Assembly (NCBI GenBank): GCA_963663235.2
Contig: CAXXNO010000009.1
Span: 64,001 to 128,000, forward strand
Direction: 5' to 3'
DNA from: Dehalococcoidia bacterium
GTDB lineage: Bacteria; Chloroflexota; Dehalococcoidia; Bin125
DNA: 64,000 bases
The notes below the pieces were generated by a model that had not been told where the DNA came from, did no database searches, and was given only the letters and a program-made list of their open reading frames with translations. The position numbers were made by a program, and so were the translations under genes. Below are positions 10,319 through 19,827 of the stretch, piece by piece (the first letter of the stretch is position 1; every line of letters begins with the position of its first letter).

Positions 10319-10456
10319 CCCGGCCTCATTCCGTGCGCCCGCGCTCGTGCGGCTCCAGGGAGGATAGCGCCGAGGCGGTCGCGATGGGGCATGGCGTTGT
10401 AGCGAGGCGCTATGCTGCCCGCGGCCGATCCCTCGGCTCGCGTCTCGGAGGAGCCT

Positions 10457-10648
10457 ATGAGCGCCGACCCCAACGTGATCGAACGGCTGCGCGCGGTGGC
10501 GGAGGCCGCGGAGATCGAGATCAACGACGAGGGCCTGCGGGCCATCGCGCCGACGGTGCTGGCGATGTTAGCGCGCCCGTCCGGCGTCGCACCGCGTGAC
10601 CTGGGCGAGACGGAGCCCGCCTTCGGGCTGCGGATGCGCCGGGAGTAA
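10457..10648 (+). CDS. Small GatC/AtzG-like amidase partner protein
   Basis: 63 aa after GGAGGAG, ends 3 nt before the amidase; helical with a C-terminal 'ETEPAF' as in GatC-like subunits. Confidence 0.6.
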   Translation: MSADPNVIERLRAVAEAAEIEINDEGLRAIAPTVLAMLARPSGVAPRDLGETEPAFGLRMRRE

Positions 10649-10651
10649 GTC

Positions 10652-12028
10652 ATGGCGGGTGAGGCCTACGACCTGACGATCCGGCACGCCGCCGAGGCGC
10701 TGCGCGACGGGACGTTGACATCGGTGGCGCTGACGGAAGCGGTCCTGCGCCGGATCGAGCAGACCGAGCCGACGCTCAACGCCTACATCACCGTGACCGC
10801 CGACATCGCGCGCGAACAGGCAGCCGCCGCCGACGCGGAGTTGCAGGCCGGTCGCGAGCGCGGGCCGCTGCAGGGCATCCCCTTCGCGCTAAAGGATCTC
10901 TACGACACGGCGGGGATCCCCACCACCGCGGGCTCCAGCTTCCTGCGCGACCGCGTGCCCAGCGAAGACGGGTTCGTCACAAAGAAACTCAAGGACGCGG
11001 GCATCGTGCTGACGGGCAAGCTGACGCTGCACGAGTTCGCCCTGGGCACCACCAGCATCAACCCGCACTACGGGGCCGTGCACAATCCCTGGAACCCGGC
11101 GCACGTGTCGGGTGGCAGCAGCGGGGGGAGCGGTGCGGCGGTCGCCGCCGGGTCGTGCCTGGGGGCGCTGGGCACAGACACGGGGGGATCGATCCGGATC
11201 CCGGCGTCGCTGTGCGGCGTGGTGGGGCTGTTGCCCACCTACGGGCGCGTGAGCCGTCGCGGAGTGCTGCCGCTGTCGTGGACGCTGGACCACGTGGGGC
11301 CGCTGTCCAAGAGCGTGGAGGACGCGGCAATCATCCTCAACGCCATCGCCGGCTACGACCGCGAGGACCCCGGCAGCGCGGACGAGCCCGTGGACGACTA
11401 CACCAGCGCATTGGGTCGCGAGCTGCGGGGCCTGCGCGTCGGGCTGCCGCGCGACCCCTTCTGGCAGGCCTGCGACGACCCCGTGACCGCCGCCTGCGAA
11501 GCGGCAGTCGACGTGCTGCGGGAGCTGGGGGCCAGCGTGTCCGAGGTGGCGCTGCCCCTCCAGGCCGCGACGGGACGGCTCAACATCCTCTGGGCGGAGG
11601 CGGCGTCGTACCACATCGACACGCTGCGCGAGCACCCGGACGGCTACGGCCAAGACGTGCGCACGACGATGGAGGGCGGCCTGGCGGTTGCGGCGACGAC
11701 CTACATCAACGACCAGCGCCTGCGCCGCAAGTTGATCGAGGAGACACGGGCGGTGCTGCGGCAGGTCGACGTGCTGGTATCGCCGACCACGCCGCACACG
11801 GCGCCGACCATCGCCGCGGGCGACCCGACGCGGGACCTGGCGCGGCTGACGCACCCCTACGACGTGTCGGGCATCCCCGCGGTCAGCGTGCCTTGCGGCT
11901 TCGACGGCGAGGGTCTGCCGATCGGGCTGATGATCGGCGGGCGGCACTTCGACGAGGCGACGGTGCTGCAAGTCGCCCACGCCTACGAGCAGGCGACGGA
12001 GTGGCACCGGCGTCGGCCGGCGGTCTAG
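10652..12028 (+). CDS. Amidase signature family enzyme (GatA/AtzE-like)
   Basis: GIPFALKD, SGGSSGGSGAAVAA, GTDTGGSIRIPAS. Confidence 0.93.
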   Translation: MAGEAYDLTIRHAAEALRDGTLTSVALTEAVLRRIEQTEPTLNAYITVTADIAREQAAAADAELQAGRERGPLQGIPFALKDLYDTAGIPTTAGSSFLRDRVPSEDGFVTKKLKDAGIVLTGKLTLHEFALGTTSINPHYGAVHNPWNPAHVSGGSSGGSGAAVAAGSCLGALGTDTGGSIRIPASLCGVVGLLPTYGRVSRRGVLPLSWTLDHVGPLSKSVEDAAIILNAIAGYDREDPGSADEPVDDYTSALGRELRGLRVGLPRDPFWQACDDPVTAACEAAVDVLRELGASVSEVALPLQAATGRLNILWAEAASYHIDTLREHPDGYGQDVRTTMEGGLAVAATTYINDQRLRRKLIEETRAVLRQVDVLVSPTTPHTAPTIAAGDPTRDLARLTHPYDVSGIPAVSVPCGFDGEGLPIGLMIGGRHFDEATVLQVAHAYEQATEWHRRRPAV

Positions 12029-12615
12029 GCGGGTGTGATCCTGTTGGCGGCGGCGGGCTCCGTGGAAGGGTGGGCGAGGGCCCGCTCCAGGGCCTCAACC
12101 ACAGAGGCAGGCTCAGGATGGTCGCCGGAGAGGCGACTGCGGTAGCGGTACGGGATCGAGCCGTCCGGCAGCACGATAAACACCCCGCCCTGCTGCGTCG
12201 CCGAGCCCTTGGTGCTCGACTGCCGGTAGCCGCCGCGCATGGCGCGGAAGCGATAGAGAAAGGTCTTGGGATGGAGGAGCGTGAAGACTCCCTTCCGCGT
12301 CCCGAAGGCCTCGTAGACGGACAGCGTCGGGTCCGTGTAAACGGGGGTCTGGATTTCGCAGTCCTCAGCGAACCAGCCGGCCTGCTTCGGCGCGCCGTTG
12401 CCGACGATCACCAGTTCGGCGCCGGCGGCGTGGATGCGAGGCAGGACGTCGCGCAACTGCGCGACCTGCTCCTTGCAAAACACTCAACCGAAGTGCCGGA
12501 TGAGCGCCAGCATGATGGGCTGTCGCGCCCAGAGTGACGCCAAGCGGACGGCGTCGCCGGCCGGCGTGAGGACCTCAACCGAAGCCGGGTCCCGTGTGCC
12601 GGTCGCCGTGGTCAT
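12025..12615 (-). CDS. Peroxiredoxin-like (AhpC/TSA, PRXL2-like) selenoprotein with UxxC motif
   Basis: The ATG at 12615 reads MTTATG...LALIRHFG-TGA(12486-12484)-VFCKEQ, in frame with ORF 12025..12483. RHFG(C/U)xxC is the family active site, and a hairpin follows the TGA. Confidence 0.82.
12437..12470 (-). promoter_or_regulatory. Bacterial SECIS-like hairpin
   Basis: GTCGCGC-AGTT-GCGCGAC stem with outer GCAG/CTGC pairing; the apical loop begins 26 nt after the UGA and has G at its second position. Confidence 0.65.
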
Positions 12616-12651
12616 CGATGGCCCTCCGCGGGCTCCAGCGGCCGCGCGCCG

Positions 12652-13089
12652 CTACAACTCGAGCGAGGACATCTCCAGCATGCGCTCGGGATCGGTCTTC
12701 CAGACGTCGGACGTGTCCACGTAGAGCTCCACGCCGTTGCCGTCCGGGTCGCGGACGAAGATCGCCTTGGCCACGGTGTAGTCGGAGGTGTTGTCGATGG
12801 AGACGCCGGCCTCCTCGATGGTGCGCTTGACCTCGCGCAGCTCCTCCAGCGAGTCGCCGACCTTGAAGGCGACGTGCAGCAGGCCGGTCGCGCCGCGGGG
12901 CGGGGCGGGGGCGTCGTCCCCGACGCCGATCAGCGCCAGATCGTGGTGGCGGTGGATGGTGAGAAAGGATGCCGGGATGCGCGGGTCGCGGGCGGCGACG
13001 GGGATGCCCAGGAGGCCGTTGTAGAAGCGCTCGGCGCGCTCCACATCGCGCACCTTGATCGCCGCGTGGCCCAGCGCGTGCACCTTCAT
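12652..13089 (-). CDS. VOC/glyoxalase family protein
   Basis: LGHAAIKVRD, GLLHVAF, FVRDPDGNGVELY. Confidence 0.9.
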   Translation of the reverse strand: MKVHALGHAAIKVRDVERAERFYNGLLGIPVAARDPRIPASFLTIHRHHDLALIGVGDDAPAPPRGATGLLHVAFKVGDSLEELREVKRTIEEAGVSIDNTSDYTVAKAIFVRDPDGNGVELYVDTSDVWKTDPERMLEMSSLEL

Positions 13090-13127
13090 CGGTCGCCTCC
13101 TCTCGATGGCATGCGATGGTTGGCAGC

Positions 13128-14159
13128 CTAGGGGACCAGCTTCCACTCGCCGCCCGGCTTGAAGCCCTTGGCGATGGGGAAGATCTCCTGGCTGAACTGC
13201 TCCGTGCGCTCGAACAGCTCCTCGGCCGTGCTGGTCTGGCAATCCTGATGCACGACCATCAAGGAGTAGCCGGCCTCGGCGAACTCCTGGAGGTCGGAGA
13301 GGATCATCTCCGGCGTGCCCTCGCAGATCGGGCGCACCTTGCGCTGCAAGTGCGGATCATTGGCGTCGGTGATGCGGACGGCCACGAGCCCGATCATCAT
13401 GAAGTCGGAGAGGTCTCGGCCGATGCGCTGGGCCTCGCGCCGGATCTCATCCTGGAAGTGATCGAGCTCGTGGGGCCGCGCTCCGGGGTGCATGAAGATG
13501 GGGTAGAAGCCGTCGCAGAGCCGGGCCGCGCGGCGGGCCCCGGCCTTGGACATGCCGCCGAAGACGATGGGAGGCCGCGGCTTCTGTACCGGCTTGGGGT
13601 CCATGGTGATGTTCTGGAAGCTGTAGAACTCCCCATCGAAATTGGGGGTCCCGTCCTGCCAGGCGGTCTTGTAGACCTGGATGCACTCATCGGTCATCTC
13701 ACCGCGCTTCTCGTAGTTGAGGTGGAGGGCGTCGAACTCCTCCTTGGCCCAGCCGGCCCCGACGCCGGCGATGAGGCGGCCGTTGGACAGACGGTCGACC
13801 GTGGCGAACTGGCGGGCGTCGTGCAGAGGGGGGCGGTAGGGAGAGATCAGCACGGAGGTGGCCAGCTTGATGGTGCTGGTGGCGCCCGCCACAGCGCCCA
13901 TCGTGACGAGCGCGTCGAGCATCTCGGGCCGCTCGACGTAGTGGCGCTTGCCCGACTCCGGATTGGCGATGTGGACATCGGTGGTTTGGAGCGGCAGCGT
14001 GACGTGGTCCGGGAACCAGAGGGAATGATAGCCGAGGCGTTCGGCGCGCTGCGCAAACTCGATGGGGCGCATGTCGTCGGCGGCGAGGTTCTCCAGCCAG
14101 AACTCCGTCTCGCTGCGGAAAACCACGCCGTGGGTGTTCATGTAGGAGCCGATTTGCAT
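13128..14159 (-). CDS. LLM-class oxidoreductase (paralog of 1682..2713 and 56391..57479)
   Basis: MNTHG, LWFPDHV, DARQFATVDRLSNGRL, PKPVQKPRPPI. Confidence 0.92.
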   Translation of the reverse strand: MQIGSYMNTHGVVFRSETEFWLENLAADDMRPIEFAQRAERLGYHSLWFPDHVTLPLQTTDVHIANPESGKRHYVERPEMLDALVTMGAVAGATSTIKLATSVLISPYRPPLHDARQFATVDRLSNGRLIAGVGAGWAKEEFDALHLNYEKRGEMTDECIQVYKTAWQDGTPNFDGEFYSFQNITMDPKPVQKPRPPIVFGGMSKAGARRAARLCDGFYPIFMHPGARPHELDHFQDEIRREAQRIGRDLSDFMMIGLVAVRITDANDPHLQRKVRPICEGTPEMILSDLQEFAEAGYSLMVVHQDCQTSTAEELFERTEQFSQEIFPIAKGFKPGGEWKLVP

Positions 14160-14323
14160 CGATTGCGTCCTTTCGCCTGTCAGTCGCCGTTGCGGGCCAG
14201 GTGGCAGCGCGCGTCGAAGCGCCCCCGAGGCCGGAAGGCATTATCGCGGACCCGCGCCCGAAGCGAAACAGCCCTCGCGGCAAATGCGCCGGCCGGGGCG
14301 GCGCGGCGCTTTCGCGGCGGGGG

Positions 14324-14833
14324 CTACTCCACGGCGATGGAGATGGTCTTGATCGCCGCCCCAGGCGGAGCGCCGGGGACCGGATCGCGGGGCGTGATCT
14401 CTCGCACCACGTCCATGCCCTCCCGGACCTTGCCGAAGACCGTGTAGTCGCCGTCGAGGCTGGGCACGGCCGCCAGCGTGAGGTAGAACTGGCTGCCGGC
14501 CGAATTGGGCGCGGCCGTCTTGGCCATGGAGATCACGCCCTCTTCGTGTTTGTGCTCGTTGACCTCGTCGGGGAGCGTGTAGCCGGGGCCGCCGGAGCCG
14601 GATCCCGTGGGGTCGCCGCCCTGGGCGACGAAGCCGGGAATGACGCGGTGAAAGGTGACGCCGTCGTAGTAGCCCTCGCCGGCGAGGAAGACGAAGGAGT
14701 TGACGGTCTCGGGGGCGGCGTCGGGGAGGAGGTCGATGACGATGGAGCCGCCGCGCTCCATGTCGATCGTCGCCGTGTAGCGTTTGCCGGGTTCGAGCGC
14801 CATCTCGGGGCGGTTGGGGTACTGCTGAGCCAT
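14324..14833 (-). CDS. Cyclophilin-type peptidyl-prolyl isomerase
   Basis: FHRVIPGFVAQGGDPTG, SAGSQFY, LDGDYTVFGKV. Confidence 0.95.
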   Translation of the reverse strand: MAQQYPNRPEMALEPGKRYTATIDMERGGSIVIDLLPDAAPETVNSFVFLAGEGYYDGVTFHRVIPGFVAQGGDPTGSGSGGPGYTLPDEVNEHKHEEGVISMAKTAAPNSAGSQFYLTLAAVPSLDGDYTVFGKVREGMDVVREITPRDPVPGAPPGAAIKTISIAVE

Positions 14834-14954
14834 GGGCTGGGTCCTTCCGCGGGGAATCCGGGTCCGGCCCACACGGCGCCGACCCGCGTCGCGAAGCGAG
14901 GGTACTACCCGCCCGAGGGGCGCGCGATTGCGATGAAGAGAGCCGGAGGCGGCG

Positions 14955-15272
14955 TCAGCGCCCCTGCATCATCTGCCTGGCCGCCGCCAGCAGATCATCG
15001 GCGGCGGTGACCGGAGTGGCGTTCATTTCGGCGAACTCGCCGTAGGGGTTGGCATCGCCGAGGAAGGCGGCGATGTTCATGGGGCTGTCCGCCTCGGCGA
15101 TGAGGAACTCCACGTGCTCGGGCGCGGCGTTGTAGAGGCCGTGCACCTTGACCCCGTGCCGAGCGGCGATCTGGTCGATGTTCTCGAGCGCCTCGATAAT
15201 GTGGGGCATGAGCTCGGGGTGAAAGCCGGGGCAGTGGGCGCCATCGTGGCGCATGGTGCCGTGGAACAGCAT
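14955..15272 (-). CDS. Hypothetical small protein (GYD/DUF3303-like)
   Basis: ATG at 15272 after GGAG; MLFHGTMRHDGAHCPG...PEHVEFLIAEADS. Confidence 0.6.
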   Translation of the reverse strand: MLFHGTMRHDGAHCPGFHPELMPHIIEALENIDQIAARHGVKVHGLYNAAPEHVEFLIAEADSPMNIAAFLGDANPYGEFAEMNATPVTAADDLLAAARQMMQGR

Positions 15273-15339
15273 GCAGATCTCCTCCCCAAGGCTCGCCGTT
15301 CGAGTCGTTGACCGGGCGCGAGTATAGCGCGCCGCACGC

Positions 15340-16020
15340 TCACTGCGCGACGAACGTCGTCTCGATGTCGTTGACGAGGACGGAGTACTCGCGGCCGGAC
15401 TCGAAATCGGAGCCGAGGGCGACGTTGTGCTCCACGGTGCCGTAGATCGTGGTGCAGGCGATATCAGCCTCCGGCGCGGGGGCCAGGTTCCAGACGTCGA
15501 TGCGGATGGTGAGGCCGTCGCGGGCGACATCGAGGGCGTCGAACTCGTCGCAGCCGCTGGGCAAGCCGGAGAGGATGTGGACGAAGACCTGCACCGGGAA
15601 CGACTCGGCGATGTTGATCTCGACGGCGTCAATCGGCGCGCGCACTCGCACCTGGGGGAAGCCGGGCTCGATCACGATCTCCTGCGCCGCCTGGGAGACG
15701 ATCCAGAGGACATCGCCATCCCGCAGGGGGAAGTTCACGACACCGAGCGCCGGGATGAACGAGGTCCAGCTCAGGGCGCCCGGGTCGAAGAGCCAGGCGA
15801 TCTTGACGGGGCCGAAGAGGTCCGCCGCCTGGGCCGGGCCCAGGTCCCAGAACACGAACTGGCCGCCGGCGCTCAGGGAGAGGACGCGGGCGGGTTCCTC
15901 ATCGTCGGGCCGTGCGCCGGCGTCGGTCGCGGTGAGGCTCGACGCAAGAGCGACGGCGACGACGACCAGCAGCAGTAGCGCCAGCGCGAGTTTGCGCGGC
16001 TGCGCGAGTGCGACAGGCAT
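15340..16020 (-). CDS. Secreted hypothetical protein
   Basis: Signal-peptide-like N-terminus (PRKLALALLLLVVVAVALA); paired Cys in the C-terminal domain. Confidence 0.7.
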   Translation of the reverse strand: MPVALAQPRKLALALLLLVVVAVALASSLTATDAGARPDDEEPARVLSLSAGGQFVFWDLGPAQAADLFGPVKIAWLFDPGALSWTSFIPALGVVNFPLRDGDVLWIVSQAAQEIVIEPGFPQVRVRAPIDAVEINIAESFPVQVFVHILSGLPSGCDEFDALDVARDGLTIRIDVWNLAPAPEADIACTTIYGTVEHNVALGSDFESGREYSVLVNDIETTFVAQ

Positions 16021-16063
16021 GGTTTCTCTCCCTCGCGAGGCTAGACGCTGCACTTTGCCATTT

Positions 16064-16123
16064 GTTCCTGGGCCATTAGTTCCTGGGCCGGGGGTTCCTG
16101 GGTCATCGGTTCCTGGGGCATCG
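16064..16123. repeat. 4 x 15-bp tandem repeat (GTTCCTGGG core)
   Basis: gttcctgggccatta / gttcctgggccgggg / gttcctgggtcatcg / gttcctggggcatcg. Confidence 0.85.
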
Positions 16124-16346
16124 GCTCCGACGGTACCTGGTCCAACCGCCGGAGGTCGCGGCCATCATTATCGGACAGGCCGACGGACGGAGTCGCGGCC
16201 GGGCGCGATCGACGAGCGGGTGGTTTGCCGCCGAACAACCGCTGTGCTATCTCTGAGCGCGCTGTCAAACAGAGGAGCCGCGCGGGGCTCTGCTCTCTAG
16301 AGGCTGGGCCTCCAGAGGCGCGGAGCGCCAAGAAAGCTGGGAACGC

Positions 16347-16784
16347 ATGCCAACGCCCGACGAACTGCGCGCCGCGATCGCGAAGGGGCGGGCCGACTTC
16401 AAGGCCGCCATCGAAGCGGCCGGGGACAACTGGGAGCGGAAACCGTCCCCCGCCGAGGGCGCTGGTGAGGGCGAGGCGTCCTGGTCGGCGCGGGAGGCCG
16501 CGGAGCACACCATCGATGCGGAGGCCTGGTTCGTCACGGAGGCCTGCCAGGCCTGCGGCTACCCAGGCATCGACGCCGTCAAGCCCTCCTGTTCCAGCGC
16601 CGCCGACGCCGTTCAGGCGCTGGACGACATCTCGGCCAAGGCCGACGGCCGCCTGAAGTACATCACCGAGAAAGACCTGGAGATGGCCCACGAGCAGATG
16701 AAGACCGTAGCCGGGCTCCTGGACTACAACGCGCAGCACCTGCAGGAGCACGCCGCGCAGATCCGCGCCGCCGCCGGCGCGTAA
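16347..16784 (+). CDS. DinB-like family protein
   Basis: WSAREAAEH and C-terminal HLQEHAAQI motifs. Confidence 0.75.
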   Translation: MPTPDELRAAIAKGRADFKAAIEAAGDNWERKPSPAEGAGEGEASWSAREAAEHTIDAEAWFVTEACQACGYPGIDAVKPSCSSAADAVQALDDISAKADGRLKYITEKDLEMAHEQMKTVAGLLDYNAQHLQEHAAQIRAAAGA

Positions 16785-16804
16785 GCGCCGTTCGCGGGGG
16801 GGGG

Positions 16805-17965
16805 TTAGCGGTGCGCGGCGGCGGCGTGCCGCGCCAGCAGGCCGGCTCCGAAATCGCCCCGCGGGTCGCGCCAGACGGCGTGGATGTGGTTCACGTCGTG
16901 CTGGACGTTGTCGTACTCCACCAGGAATCGCGGCCCCTGGAGACGATAGTAGTGAGGCTGCCGACGCTCCAGGCCGCCGGCCCAGGCGAAGTGGACGGCG
17001 GCGAGGGCGTCGCCGCCGAGCTTGGCCGTCTCGACGGCGGCGATCTCGTCCGGCATGCGGTCGATGTACTGACGGATGAGAGCGGTTAGGGCATCTCGCT
17101 GGCCGGCGGTCATGTCCGCCGCGGGCAGCCCCTTGGGCCGGTCGCTGTAGCGCAGCGCCTCGAAATGCTCGTCGCGCAGGCCCAGCTCCTCGCGGTCGCG
17201 CTGCATGCGCTCTTTCCATCGCTCCGAAGTGGGGATGCCCATCATCTCGGGCGCGGGAATGGGCAGGGCGCCGTCGATGACACGGGGCCGGTTGCCCTGC
17301 ACGATGTCGGGCGGAGCGGCGGCGGAGATGATGGCGGTGGCGCGCTGGGCGTCGGTCAGCGCGTGGACGAGCGCGCGGGCCAGGTCCTCCTCACCGGCCA
17401 GCGGACGCAGCACCCCAGGGCCGACGAACGACACCTCCGCCGGGTCCGAGCCGAAGAAGGTGGGTGTGGGTGAGTCCACACGGCCGTCGGCGATGGTGTA
17501 GTGCAGCGAGACGTGATGCCCCTCGAAGCGCCAGCCCCACGGCCCGTTGCCCTGCGGCTCGCCGAACACGGTGACGAAGTACATGCCGGGGTCGCGACCG
17601 CGCTCGGGGTACCAGGTCCTGCGCCAGTCCTCCATCGCATCGAGGGTGTTTTCCAGCCCGATGATCGTGGAGGCGGTGACGTAGCCGGCGGGGCTGAGGC
17701 CGGAGGCGACGAGGGCGTGCGCCAGCCGCTGCTGCCTGGGCGTCATCTCCCCCAGGGGCAAGCCGCCGCGGGCGTTGGGCGTGTAGAACCAGCGGGTGCG
17801 CTCGGCGTCATCGGCGAAGTTGAACCGCGCCTTGGCGTTTTGGTCGCCGTCCAGCGCGGCAAGCAGGTCCGACGCCGCCTGCGCCATGCGCTCCGCGACG
17901 ACGCGCGCGCCCGTGCGGTCGCCGGGGGCCGACGGATCGGGGGCGGTGGGTGTCGTCTTGGCCAT
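16805..17965 (-). CDS. DUF3500 domain protein
   Basis: WGWRFEGHHVSL, PTFFGSDP, HYYRLQGPRFLVEYDN, NHIHAVWRD. Confidence 0.9.
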   Translation of the reverse strand: MAKTTPTAPDPSAPGDRTGARVVAERMAQAASDLLAALDGDQNAKARFNFADDAERTRWFYTPNARGGLPLGEMTPRQQRLAHALVASGLSPAGYVTASTIIGLENTLDAMEDWRRTWYPERGRDPGMYFVTVFGEPQGNGPWGWRFEGHHVSLHYTIADGRVDSPTPTFFGSDPAEVSFVGPGVLRPLAGEEDLARALVHALTDAQRATAIISAAAPPDIVQGNRPRVIDGALPIPAPEMMGIPTSERWKERMQRDREELGLRDEHFEALRYSDRPKGLPAADMTAGQRDALTALIRQYIDRMPDEIAAVETAKLGGDALAAVHFAWAGGLERRQPHYYRLQGPRFLVEYDNVQHDVNHIHAVWRDPRGDFGAGLLARHAAAAHR

Positions 17966-17985
17966 GCCCACTCCGCAGCCCGTCG

Positions 17986-18453
17986 CTAGCCGAGGGCCAT
18001 GGGCTCCTTGACCCAGCCGGACTCGTACGGGGTGATGAACTTCATGTTGATCTTCATGCGGCTGAAGAACCAGCGCCCGCTCAGCTTCTTGTAGTCCTCA
18101 TCGTAGGTGGCGGAGATGAACATCGCGCGGCCCGAGACCGTGGCGGGGAGCCACATATACCACGTCCCGGTCGCCGTCCGGCCGGAGGGGTCGACGTTAA
18201 TCTGCGGGCCCATGTAGTAGTGGAGTGCGAAGGTAAAGTCCTTGCGGACCTCCGCGAAGAAGTCCTGGATCGCCTGGCGTCCGTTGTGCACGCCAAAGCC
18301 CTCGCCGCCGTCCCAGACCCCATCCTCCGTGAAGAGCGCCCCGATGCCGGGTGGGTCATAGTTGTCGTCACAGACCTGGGCGTACTTGATCTTGAGCGCC
18401 TTGATCTCCTCGATGTCCTCAAGTTCTTGGACCCGTTGTTCCAGCGTGGTCAT
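17986..18453 (-). CDS. SnoaL-like/NTF2-fold protein (paralog of 1080..1547)
   Basis: TLEQRVQELEDIEEIKALK..Y, LFTEDGVWD, TYDEDY. Confidence 0.87.
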   Translation of the reverse strand: MTTLEQRVQELEDIEEIKALKIKYAQVCDDNYDPPGIGALFTEDGVWDGGEGFGVHNGRQAIQDFFAEVRKDFTFALHYYMGPQINVDPSGRTATGTWYMWLPATVSGRAMFISATYDEDYKKLSGRWFFSRMKINMKFITPYESGWVKEPMALG

Positions 18454-18672
18454 GGACTGCTCCTTCACCGTCTCGCGGCAGCGGGAACGCTAGCACCCAC
18501 CGGCGGCCGCTGTCCAGGAGCGGCGCCAGAGGTCGCGCCGATGTCGCAGGTGACATGCCGCGGCGGTCCGGGTATCGTTCTGCGTGTGCGCATATCGTGG
18601 GGGGGAGACTCCCGCGCGGCCCTCCGGCCTCCGGCCGGACTGCGCAAGGCGCGGTGAGCGCTGGAGGAAGTG

Positions 18673-19755
18673 ATGAAACTCGGCGTGTTCATGATGCCGC
18701 TGCACCCGCCCGGCTCCCCTCTGGCTAAGACGCTGCAGGACGATCTGGAGCAGATCGTGAAGATGGACGAGTGGGGCTACGAGGAGGCGTGGATCGGCGA
18801 GCACATGACGCTGGAGTGGGAGAACATCCCCTCGCCGGAGATCTTCATCGCCAACGCGCTGGCGAGGACGAAGAACATCGTGCTAGGGACGGGGGTGAGC
18901 TGCCTGCCGAACCACAACCCGTTCGCCCTGGCGCACCGGATCGCGCTGCTGGACCATCTGGCCAAGGGGCGGTTTCGCTGGGGCATCGGGGCGGGCGCGG
19001 CGCCGGGGGACTTCGACGCGTTCAACGTCGACGCGGCCGCGGGCGAGCACTGGGAGGTGACCAAAGAGACCGTGGCGATGGTGATCAAGATCTGGGAGGG
19101 GCTGCCGCCGGGCTACTACGGGAACCGCTGGTGGCGGTTCAAGATTACGGAGCCGATGGAGGACGTCGCCTCGCACGTCTACATCAAGCCGTACCAGATG
19201 CCCCACCCGCCGATCGCGGCGGCGGGCGTGACGGAGAAGTCCCCATCGCTCACGCTGGCGGGCGAGCGCGGTTGGATCCCGATGAGCATCGGCTACGCGG
19301 CGCGGCGCCTGTTGATCGAGCAGTGGGAAGCGGTGGAGACCGGGGCCAAGATATCGGGCCGAACGCCGGACCGCTCGGAGTGGCGGGTGTCGCGGGAGGT
19401 CATTGTGGCCGACACGACCGAGGAAGCGCGTGAGATCGCGCTGAACAGCCCGATCACGCGCGACTACGTCGAGTACAACCTGCCCCTGATGGGCAAGTTT
19501 CAATTCCTCAAGCTGTTCAAAGAAGACCCCGACATGCCGGATGCCGCCATCACCCCGGAGTACCTGGTGGACAACATCTGGATCGTGGGCACGGTGGACG
19601 AAGTGGAGGAGAAGATCCGGGCGCTGTACAAGCACGTCGGGGGCTTCGGCGTGTTGCTGACGATGGCGCACGAGTGGACGCCGCGGGACAAATGGGAGCG
19701 GAGCGTGTCGTTGCTGGCGAAAGAGGTCATGCCGCGGCTGACCGACCTTAAGTAG
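18673..19755 (+). CDS. LLM-class flavin-dependent monooxygenase
   Basis: KLGVFMMPLHPP, EAWIGEH, LDHLAKGR, KPYQMPHPPIA. Confidence 0.92.
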   Translation: MKLGVFMMPLHPPGSPLAKTLQDDLEQIVKMDEWGYEEAWIGEHMTLEWENIPSPEIFIANALARTKNIVLGTGVSCLPNHNPFALAHRIALLDHLAKGRFRWGIGAGAAPGDFDAFNVDAAAGEHWEVTKETVAMVIKIWEGLPPGYYGNRWWRFKITEPMEDVASHVYIKPYQMPHPPIAAAGVTEKSPSLTLAGERGWIPMSIGYAARRLLIEQWEAVETGAKISGRTPDRSEWRVSREVIVADTTEEAREIALNSPITRDYVEYNLPLMGKFQFLKLFKEDPDMPDAAITPEYLVDNIWIVGTVDEVEEKIRALYKHVGGFGVLLTMAHEWTPRDKWERSVSLLAKEVMPRLTDLK

Positions 19756-19779
19756 CGCCGCGCCCCGCGCCAATTGAAG

Positions 19780-19812
19780 GAGGCCCTCGCGTGCGAGGGC
19801 CTCTCATTTGTT
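19780..19812. terminator. Probable terminator hairpin between convergent genes
   Basis: GAGGCCCTCGC-GT-GCGAGGGCCTC perfect inverted repeat followed by a T-rich tail. Confidence 0.75.
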
Positions 19813-19827
19813 CTCCGAGTCCGGCGG

